64,000 nt of DNA from Gammaproteobacteria bacterium (GTDB taxonomy: Bacteria > Gemmatimonadota > Gemmatimonadetes > Longimicrobiales > Gaopeijiaceae): NCBI GenBank assembly GCA_028819075.1, contig JAPPMM010000065.1:83067-147066 (forward strand). The letters are read 5' to 3'. Below are positions 31,696 through 41,339 of this stretch, in pieces; positions within the stretch are counted from its first letter, which is position 1; each line of letters begins with the position of its first letter. Both the position numbers and the translations under genes were made by a program. The notes under the pieces were generated by a model. It searched no databases. It worked only from the letters and a program-made list of their open reading frames with translations, and was not told where the DNA came from.

Positions 31696-32423
31696 GTTCG
31701 CTCCTGTGTCGTGCGGAGCCGACCCCCAACCTCCGTGAAGCCGGCGGAAATCGCGCGCTCAAGGTCGACGGTGCCCCGTGAATGCGCCAGGAAGGCAGTT
31801 CCAGGCGGCGAAAACGGCGCCGGCCGGCACCCTCGGGCGAGCGCTCGGCCCAGTTGGTCCACCACCCGGGGATAGAGGAGATGCTCGACGCGAAGCACGC
31901 GGGCGGCGAGCGTGTGTGGGTCATCGTCCGCCCGCACCGGCACCGGCCACTGGGCGATGATCGGGCCCCGATCGTACTCCTCGTCCACGAAGTGCACGGT
32001 GGGCCCGGTTACCGTCGCACCGGCAGCCAGCACCGCCTCGTGCACGCGCATCCCGTACATCCCCTTCCCTCCGAACGCCGGGAGAAGGGCGGGATGGATG
32101 TTGACCATCCGCTCGCGGAACGCCGCGACGACAGGCGCGGGAATCAGCCGGAGGTAACCCGCCAGCGCGACGAACCCGATTTCGCTGGAGCGGAGGAGGT
32201 CGAGCGTTTCGCCCGCGACATCGCCGGACGATCGCCCGGCGACCGGGAGAAAGCGAGCCCGAATCCCGGCATGGCGGCCGCGCTGGAGCACCCTGGCGTC
32301 TTCCTGGTCGCTTACGACCAGCTCAACGCGCCAGGGGGGTGCGTCGAGGCCGGCGTGATAGTCGAGGATGGCCTGCAGGTTCGAGCCTGAACCGGACGCG
32401 AACACCGCCACGGGCAGGCTCAC
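31692..32423 (-). CDS. purN: phosphoribosylglycinamide formyltransferase
   Basis: VAVFASGSGSNLQAILD and NIHPALLPAFGG motifs. Start set at GTG 32421-32423, preceded by GGGAGG and overlapping the upstream stop (GTGA). 243 aa. Confidence 0.85.
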   Translation of the reverse strand: MSLPVAVFASGSGSNLQAILDYHAGLDAPPWRVELVVSDQEDARVLQRGRHAGIRARFLPVAGRSSGDVAGETLDLLRSSEIGFVALAGYLRLIPAPVVAAFRERMVNIHPALLPAFGGKGMYGMRVHEAVLAAGATVTGPTVHFVDEEYDRGPIIAQWPVPVRADDDPHTLAARVLRVEHLLYPRVVDQLGRALARGCRPAPFSPPGTAFLAHSRGTVDLERAISAGFTEVGGRLRTTQERT

Positions 32424-33076
32424 ACGAACTCGCCTCCCTGGAAGGGCATCAGAAAGGGATTGGTTCGGCGCTCCCATCCCACCGTGGTCTCGGGACCGTG
32501 CCCGGTCAGAAGACGGGTGTCGTCGGGGAGCGTCAGCACCTGTTCGCGGATCGAGTGCAGCAACTGCTGCATGTCTCCACCCGGCAGGTCGGTGCGTCCG
32601 ATCGAACCCGCGAAGACGACGTCCGCCACTACGGCGATCCGCTCGTCCTCATTGACCAGCACGACATGACCGGGAGAGTGACCGGGGGCGTGGCGCACGC
32701 GGAAGGCGCACTTCCCGAAACGGAGCTCGTCCCCGTGGGCAAGCGCTTCGTCGACGGCGGGCAGCCGCGGCGCGTGCACCCCGAAGGCAGTCGCCTGTTC
32801 GGTCGCGGCCCGGTAGAGGAAACCATCGGCCGGGTGGAGGAAGATCGGGGCGTCCGTGACGGTACGGATGTCGGGCACCCCCTCGACGTGGTCCAGGTGG
32901 GCGTGGGTCAGCACGACGGCCTTTACGTCCAGATGGTCCGCTTCGATCGCGCGGCACATGTCTGGCGCCGCTGCGCCCGGATCGATGACCAGCGTCTCGC
33001 GGGTTGCATCGCAGATCGCCAGCCACGCGTTCTGCTGGAAGCCGTCCGCGCCGGTGAAGGTCCTTAGACGGATCAC
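32420..33076 (-). CDS. MBL-fold metallo-hydrolase (glyoxalase II-like)
   Basis: 218 aa with the metallo-beta-lactamase motif THAHLDH, plus downstream GHSPGH and GHG ligand motifs. Confidence 0.85.
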   Translation of the reverse strand: MIRLRTFTGADGFQQNAWLAICDATRETLVIDPGAAAPDMCRAIEADHLDVKAVVLTHAHLDHVEGVPDIRTVTDAPIFLHPADGFLYRAATEQATAFGVHAPRLPAVDEALAHGDELRFGKCAFRVRHAPGHSPGHVVLVNEDERIAVVADVVFAGSIGRTDLPGGDMQQLLHSIREQVLTLPDDTRLLTGHGPETTVGWERRTNPFLMPFQGGEFV

Positions 33077-33134
33077 CTGCGGGATGGGTTCGTCACGGGG
33101 GTCCTGGGGCGGTCCGCTCGGACCGGAAACGGGA

Positions 33135-33464
33135 TCAGACCGTGAAGGAGCTTCCGCAGCCGCATCCGCCCGAAGCCTGGGGATTGGTGAAGCTGAAGCC
33201 TTGTCCCATCATGCTGGACACATAGTCGATCTGTACGCCCTCGAGGTACTGGGCGCTGAAGGGATCCACGAATACCCGGAAGTCGTCCAGCTCCAGCACT
33301 TCGTCGTCGTCTTCGGGAGCCTCTTCGATGTTCAGTCCGTACTGGAAACCGGAACAACCGCCCGGGAGCACGGCGACACGCAGCCCGGCGGCGGACCTGG
33401 GATCGTGTTCCTCCAGAAACTGCCTGATCTTCTCGGTAGCTTCGGGCGTCAGGGTGATCTGCAT
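33135..33464 (-). CDS. erpA: iron-sulfur cluster insertion / A-type carrier protein (HesB/IscA/ErpA family)
   Basis: 109 aa, GGCSGFQY and C-terminal CGCGSSF cluster-ligand motifs. AGGAG lies 8 nt upstream of the ATG. Confidence 0.9.
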   Translation of the reverse strand: MQITLTPEATEKIRQFLEEHDPRSAAGLRVAVLPGGCSGFQYGLNIEEAPEDDDEVLELDDFRVFVDPFSAQYLEGVQIDYVSSMMGQGFSFTNPQASGGCGCGSSFTV

Positions 33465-33494
33465 GGTCTTGCTCCTGAGGGTGCGACTCCATCA

Positions 33495-33508
33495 GTTGAC
33501 GGGTCAAC
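33495..33508. promoter_or_regulatory. 14-bp palindrome GTTGAC-GG-GTCAAC upstream of erpA (candidate operator/promoter element)
   Basis: Read directly from the sequence. It lies 31-44 nt upstream of the erpA ATG and carries a TTGAC (-35-like) motif on both strands. Confidence 0.3.
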
Positions 33509-33511
33509 GGG

Positions 33512-33533
33512 AAAAACCCGGCTGGCGCGCCGG
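33512..33533 (-). terminator. candidate intrinsic terminator after selA
   Basis: On the minus strand: CCGGC-GCGCCA-GCCGG hairpin (33518-33533), then G and a TTTTT run (33512-33516), about 70 nt after the selA stop. The stem is only 5 bp, so this is tentative. Confidence 0.35.
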
Positions 33534-33604
33534 TGTTCCCCTTCCCCGCCGGCCCCTTGTCCGGCTCGCGCGCCGGCGCCTTGCGGGCCCGCACACATCG
33601 TGCC

Positions 33605-34999
33605 TTAATCCTCGTCCGGAAGGCACGCGCGCACAACCCGCTCCACGAGCAGCGACTCCTCTTCCGGCTCGACAGTACGAGGATCGAGGATGAGGCGATC
33701 GGCTTCCACGGGCGCAAGCACCGGCGGATCGCCGCGTCTCAGGCGCCCGGCGACGGCGGACACGGATCGCGCACCGGTGTCCGGTTCCACGACGAACGTG
33801 TCGAGGGCGACCCCCGGACAGGTGCCGCCCCCCACCAGCGAAGTTCCGCGCCTCACGCGGCCTGGCACGCCCCGGGCTTCGAGAGCGGCGGCGAGGCGGG
33901 TAGCCCGCTCGAGCAGCTCCCCCGGAGAGGCGGCGATCATGCGCAGCGCCGGGATCTCCCTCAGCGCGCGGCCGGGATCCCTGTAGAGGCGCAGGGTCGC
34001 CTCGAGCCCCGCCAGCGTCACCTTGTCGACGCGCAGGGAGCGGCAGAGCGGGTTCTGCCGCATCCTCGCGATCGGCTCCCCCCGTCCCACGAGGATGCCG
34101 GCCTGCGGGCCGCCCAGCAGCTTGTCCCCCGAGAAGCCGACCACGTGAGCACCGTTCGCCAGGCTGTCGGCCACCCGCGGTTCTCCCGGAAGGCCGAGCG
34201 CGGCGGGGTCCATCATCAGCCCGGTGCCCAGGTCGTGGAAGAAGTGGACACCCAGGCGATCGGCCAGCTCGGCCAGCTCGGCAACGCCGGCCTCTTCGGT
34301 GAACCCCTCGATGCGGAAGTTGGAGCGGTGCACCTTGAGCAGCGCCGCGACCTCGCCGGTGTTGAGCGCTGCCTGGTAGTCGCCGACGCGGGTGCGGTTG
34401 GTGGAGCCCACTTCGCGCAGCCGGACCCCGCTGCGTACCAGGATCTCCGGTATGCGGAAGCCGCCTCCGATCTCTACCAGTTCTCCCCGCGAGACCGCGA
34501 CTTCCTTCCCCGCTGCGAGGGTGTTCATGCCCAGCACGAGCGCGCCGGCGGCGTTGTTGACCACGAGCGCGGCTTCGGCCCCCGTGAGTTCCCGCAGGAG
34601 TTGTACGCAGTGCACGTAGCGCGACCCGCGGCTCCCGCGCTCCAGGTCGAACTCCAGGTTGCCGTACCCGCGCGCGGCGCGGGCCATGGCGGAGCGGGCG
34701 GCAGGCGCGATGGGCGCCCGGCCCAGGTTGGTGTGGAGCACCACGCCGGTGGCGTTGATCACCGGCCGGAGGGAGGGGATGCCGTCCAGGACCAGCGCCT
34801 TTTCGACCTCGCCGGCGAAGTCGCCGATGTCCGGCGGCGCGTGGCCGGTTCCGCGCGCGAGATCCTCCCTGGCGTGGTCCAGCGCCGAGCGCAGGTGGTG
34901 GACGATCCGCTGGCGCGGATGCTCGGCGAGCAGCGCGGCGAAGGCGGTGGAAGCCAGCGCCCGGTCGACGCTCGGCAGGTGGCGGCGCGGATCGGTCAT
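33605..34999 (-). CDS. selA: L-seryl-tRNA(Sec) selenium transferase
   Basis: 464 aa. The PLP-lysine region FSGDKLLGGPQAGILVG followed by ...RVDKVTLAGLEATLRLY closely matches the SelA signature. The ATG (34997-34999) overlaps the upstream stop (ATGA). Confidence 0.9.
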   Translation of the reverse strand: MTDPRRHLPSVDRALASTAFAALLAEHPRQRIVHHLRSALDHAREDLARGTGHAPPDIGDFAGEVEKALVLDGIPSLRPVINATGVVLHTNLGRAPIAPAARSAMARAARGYGNLEFDLERGSRGSRYVHCVQLLRELTGAEAALVVNNAAGALVLGMNTLAAGKEVAVSRGELVEIGGGFRIPEILVRSGVRLREVGSTNRTRVGDYQAALNTGEVAALLKVHRSNFRIEGFTEEAGVAELAELADRLGVHFFHDLGTGLMMDPAALGLPGEPRVADSLANGAHVVGFSGDKLLGGPQAGILVGRGEPIARMRQNPLCRSLRVDKVTLAGLEATLRLYRDPGRALREIPALRMIAASPGELLERATRLAAALEARGVPGRVRRGTSLVGGGTCPGVALDTFVVEPDTGARSVSAVAGRLRRGDPPVLAPVEADRLILDPRTVEPEEESLLVERVVRACLPDED

Positions 35000-36713
35000 C
35001 GCGCCGTGCGCGGCGGCGAACCGCGGGAGAACCGGCTCCGCGCCGGCGGCATCCGCGCCCGCCTGGCGCGCAAGGGGAGGTTGGTGGCCGGGAGAAGCGC
35101 GACGGTGTCGCGGCGCACCGAATCTCCCGGTGGTGCCGAAACCGTGTCGCGGCGCAGGGAGTCTGCGGCCGGCGACGGGATCGTGTCCCTGCGGACGGAG
35201 TCGGCCGGAAGCGGAATGGTGTCGCGAGCGGTCGAGTCGGCCGGGACGGTCAGCGTGTCGTCGGGCGTTGCTTCCCCGGGGGCGTCCGCTGCCGCGGGAA
35301 TGGTGTCGCGAGCAGTCGAGTCGGCGGGAGGGAGCGTGTCGCCAGGGGCCGCCGGGATGGTATCCGTGGCAACGCTGTCCGCCTCGGCTTGCGTGGTGTC
35401 TTCGGGGGGCGGGGGCGGGGCGGGACGGGTAAAGCCGACGGTGCCCCCGCCTCCCCCCACGCCGTTGATGTTGGTGATGTTCGATATCTCGACCTCGTAG
35501 GGCACCTCGGGGACCAACACCCCGTCCAGGATAACGACGAAGGTTTGCTGCGCCGTGGGCTCTTCCTGCTCCGCCTCCCCGGCTTCCGGCGCGTCCTGCG
35601 CCGCCGGAGCGGGCGGCGGGGCGGGTTCCGTCTCGGCCGGCCCGGGTGCGGCTTCGGGATCGGCTGCCGCCGTTGTATCCCCTGCCGCAGCCTCCGCCTG
35701 CGCCGCCGAATCCGCCTGCGCCTGCGCCACGCTGTCCCGAACGGCTTGTTCCCGCGCGAGGCTGTCGGCCAGCGCGCTCCGATAGGCGTCCGCCTCGTGC
35801 TGATGGAGGACGGCCAGGGCTCCGGGCGCGTCGACGCTGTCGGAAGTGACCACGACGCGCACATCGTCCAATGGGAGTTCCGGATCGAGGTAGTCGTCGA
35901 GGGAGACGCCGAGGCTGATGGAGTCCTCGACGGTAACGCGCGCGAGCCGGGCCGAGGTGGTGTCGCGCGCCAGCAGCGCGACCTCGAGCACAATCGTCGT
36001 GTCGGCGGCTTCGCCAGCGCCGTTCAATGGGGCCGGACGCGTTCCCTGGGGCTCGGTGAAGTCGGGCTGGGCGTTCCGGTTGCGGTCCAGGTAGGCGCTC
36101 ACCACATAGTCGCCCGCCGGCAGGTAGCGCAGCGCGAAGATCCCCGCGCTGTCGGTGACGGCGGTGTGCACCACGCCGCTTTCGGCGACCGCCGCATCCA
36201 CCCGCGCGTCACGAAGGGGCTCGCCCGTAAGCCGGTCGACGACCGAGCCCGCGACAACGTTGGGGGTGAACTCCGGCCCGGTCGAGAAAAACAGTTCGAA
36301 GGGTTCCTGAAGGGCATTGCCGAACATGTCCTGAATGACCGGCAGCACCGTCACGCGGTAGATGTGCCCGGCCTCGAATCCGCCCAGAGCGCGCACCGTG
36401 AGTCCCTCGCGGCCGTGCGACACGCGCACCTCGCCCGAGGCCGGCGACACCACCACCGACTGGTCCAGGGTGCCCGCGCTGGGTCGCTCGCTGATGCGCT
36501 CGCTGAAGCGGAGGGTCACCGGAGAACGGAAGGGCTCAACGGTGGAGAATGTATCCGGCTCGCTCAGGATCACGATCGGGGGAAGCCGGTCGGGAGGGCC
36601 GCCGGGAGGGGTGGCTTCGCGCGCACACCCCGCCATCAGCGCGCCGAGCAGAGCGGGCAGCAGCAGGGGCGTCCGCCCCGGATCCCTGCCCCGCGGCCGT
36701 TCGAATGCGGGGA

Positions 36714-36717
<4 letters not shown>
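34996..36717 (-). CDS. putative lipoprotein with Ig-like (SbsA/Big_5-type) and carboxypeptidase-regulatory-like domains and a repeat-rich C-terminal tail
   Basis: 573 aa. Lipobox LMAGC near the N-terminus. A Big_5-like segment (PPIVILSEP...VTLRFSERI...YRVTVLPVIQDMFGNAL) is followed by a CarboxypepD_reg-like segment (GSVVDRLTGEPLRDARVD...TDSAGIFALRYLPAGDYVVSA), an Ala/Pro/Glu-rich linker and DSxxRDT(I/V) repeats. The GTG start overlaps the valS stop. Domain calls are by eye. Confidence 0.6.
35095..35382 (-). repeat. degenerate in-frame tandem repeats encoding six DS-x-x-(R/T)-DT-(I/V) units in the C-terminal tail of the Ig-like lipoprotein
   Basis: The peptide units are ADSVATDTIP, ADSTARDTIP (twice), ADSVRRDTIP, ADSLRRDTVS and GDSVRRDTVA. 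At DNA level a 29-nt block GGAATGGTGTCGCGAGC(G/A)GTCGAGTCGGC occurs at 35213-35241 and 35297-35325, 84 nt apart, with one mismatch. Confidence 0.8.
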
Positions 36718-39463
<2,746 letters not shown>

Positions 39464-39467
<4 letters not shown>

Positions 39468-40270
39468 GTCCCCGGCGGGCGGCGCACCGAATCCCCGCGC
39501 GCCACCGCGCGCTCGGTGTCCATGCGTTCACGGATCGCCCGCGCGCGGTCCTTCCAGGACTGCTCCACGGCGGCCGCAACCGCGCCCCGCTGCAGCTCCA
39601 TCCATTCCCAGTCGCGTTCCCGCAGCTCGTTGATGCGCGAGGGGTTGGGACCGAACTGGAAGGGAAGCGGGAGCGTAATGTTGCCCAGGTGGATCTTGCC
39701 CGGGGAGAATCCCCAGCGGCCGCCGTCGGCGTCCGTGTAGGTCCAGTCCATCGCGGCGACCCGGGCGGCCTCTGCGGTCGTGATCGAGTCGATCCAGAGC
39801 TCGAGGACCGCGGCCATCTCGAAGCGGGCGCGCTCCTCGAGGGTGAGGTCGAGCAACTCCGGGTCGATGGGGCGCCAGACCTCGGGGTTGTTCATGAAGG
39901 GCCGCAACCGCTCCGCGGCGGTGCGCGGGTCGCCTGCCGGGACTTCGACGTCGGCCACGACGACCGTCGGACTCGCGTCCTCCGGAAGCTCCGCTTGCTC
40001 GGGCGCCGGGACGACCTCGGGCTCCGGCTCCGGAGCAGGCTCCGGGGTCGCTTCCTCGAGTTCGAGCAGCTGCACGATCTGCATGCCGTCCTGGCTGGCT
40101 GGTACGAAGACAGGCAGGGGCGGGAGAGCGGGCGCCGCCTCGGGGTTCAGATGCGGATAGACCAGAATCACGATCGCATGCGTCGCCACGGAGATGGCTG
40201 CCGCGACCCAGCGCACCCACCGGGGAGCCCCGGAGGAGGCGATCGAGCGGGCCGCGGGCGCATCCCTCAT
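39464..40270 (-). CDS. hypothetical membrane-anchored protein with Pro/Glu-rich linker
   Basis: 268 aa. It has one N-terminal hydrophobic helix (WVRWVAAAISVATHAIVILVY), a linker EATPEPAPEPEPEVVPAPEQAELPED, and a ~150-aa C-terminal domain with no motif I recognise. It is coupled at both ends: a 1-nt overlap with the FAH gene and a 4-nt overlap with valS. Confidence 0.55.
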
Positions 40271-40908
40271 CAGCTCGAATCGACCTCCTCCACCGCCACC
40301 GGGTTGGCCACCGTCCCGACGCCCGGGATCTCGACTTCGACCCGGTCGCCGGGAGCGAGCGGTCCGATGCCGTCGGGCGTGCCGGTCGCGATCAGGTCCC
40401 CCGGCTCGAGGGTCATGACCGCGGTGATGAAGCGGACCAGCTCGGGGATCGGGAACACCATGGTGTTCACATGGGCGTGCTGGCGCACGTGCCCGTTGAC
40501 GCGCGTGATCACCTCGAGCTGGCCGACATCCACGTCGGCCACCGGGACCGGTTCACCCACGGGGCAGAAGGTGTCGAAGCTCTTGGCGCGCGTCCACTGT
40601 CCGTCCCTGCGCTGCAGCTCGCGCGCGGTCACGTCGTTCAGCGGGACGATGGAATCGACCACGTCCCAGGCATCCTCGCGCGCCACCCCGCGGGCACGCT
40701 TCCCCACCACCAACGCGATCTCTCCCTCGAAGTCCACCCGCCCGGCCCACGAAGGCATCCGGATGGTCTCGCCGGAGGCCAGCAGCGAGGAAACCGGCTT
40801 CAGGAAGATGATCGGCTCAGGGGGAACCTCGGTGCCCAGCTCCTGTGCGTGGAGCGCATAGTTCTTTCCTACGCACACGATCTTGGTGGGGATATTCTTC
40901 AGGCTCAT
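40270..40908 (-). CDS. fumarylacetoacetate hydrolase (FAH) family protein
   Basis: 212 aa from ATG 40906-40908 (MSLKNIPTKIVCVGKNYALHAQELG...PIIFLKP...VDFEGEIALVVGK...ATGTPDGIGPL), the typical FAH-fold pattern. The upstream part of the tracked ORF is rejected. Confidence 0.8.
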   Translation of the reverse strand: MSLKNIPTKIVCVGKNYALHAQELGTEVPPEPIIFLKPVSSLLASGETIRMPSWAGRVDFEGEIALVVGKRARGVAREDAWDVVDSIVPLNDVTARELQRRDGQWTRAKSFDTFCPVGEPVPVADVDVGQLEVITRVNGHVRQHAHVNTMVFPIPELVRFITAVMTLEPGDLIATGTPDGIGPLAPGDRVEVEIPGVGTVANPVAVEEVDSS

Positions 40909-40994
40909 GGGGACGCGCCCGTGCTTTCCGTGGTTGAGGTGATCAGAGGTCGAATCGGGACCCGTCCGAGGCAGCCGCGCGCGGTTTCGGCCTT

Positions 40995-41210
40995 CTAACC
41001 GCCCGATGGCAAGCGGTTCCTCCGGCGCGTGTGCAGAAGCGTGCCGACCAATGCCCCCAATCCGGCGACGGCGAGGAAGCCACCGATCACGGCCCACCAG
41101 AAGCCCAGGTCGGCGTGCCCGCCGGCCCATCCATCCGCCGAGTGGCCGAAGGCCAGGAAGGTTATGACCGCGTAGAAGGCTGCGACGAGTATGCCGGCGA
41201 TCCGTTTCAT
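40995..41210 (-). CDS. small hypothetical membrane protein (two predicted helices)
   Basis: 71 aa, MKRIAGILVAAFYAVITFLAFG...FWWAVIGGFLAVAGLGALVGTLL. The composition looks coding, but there is no recognisable family or clear SD. Confidence 0.45.
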   Translation of the reverse strand: MKRIAGILVAAFYAVITFLAFGHSADGWAGGHADLGFWWAVIGGFLAVAGLGALVGTLLHTRRRNRLPSGG

Positions 41211-41339
41211 GGAATCAGAGCCCGATTCGGGTGCCGCGCAGAGGCAGGACCTCTGTCGCGTGAAGGGGAGACCGCGAACGCTGGTAATGTACCCCGTTGG
41301 TCGCGGGGGACAAGCTGCCGGCCGTGTCCCGGCTCTTGC

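Noticed and set aside
35095-35382. Repeated 29-nt blocks considered as a CRISPR-like or intergenic repeat array.
   Set aside because: There are only two near-identical DNA copies. They are in frame inside a long ORF with a consistent peptide repeat, and no spacer-repeat regularity or cas genes exist in the window.
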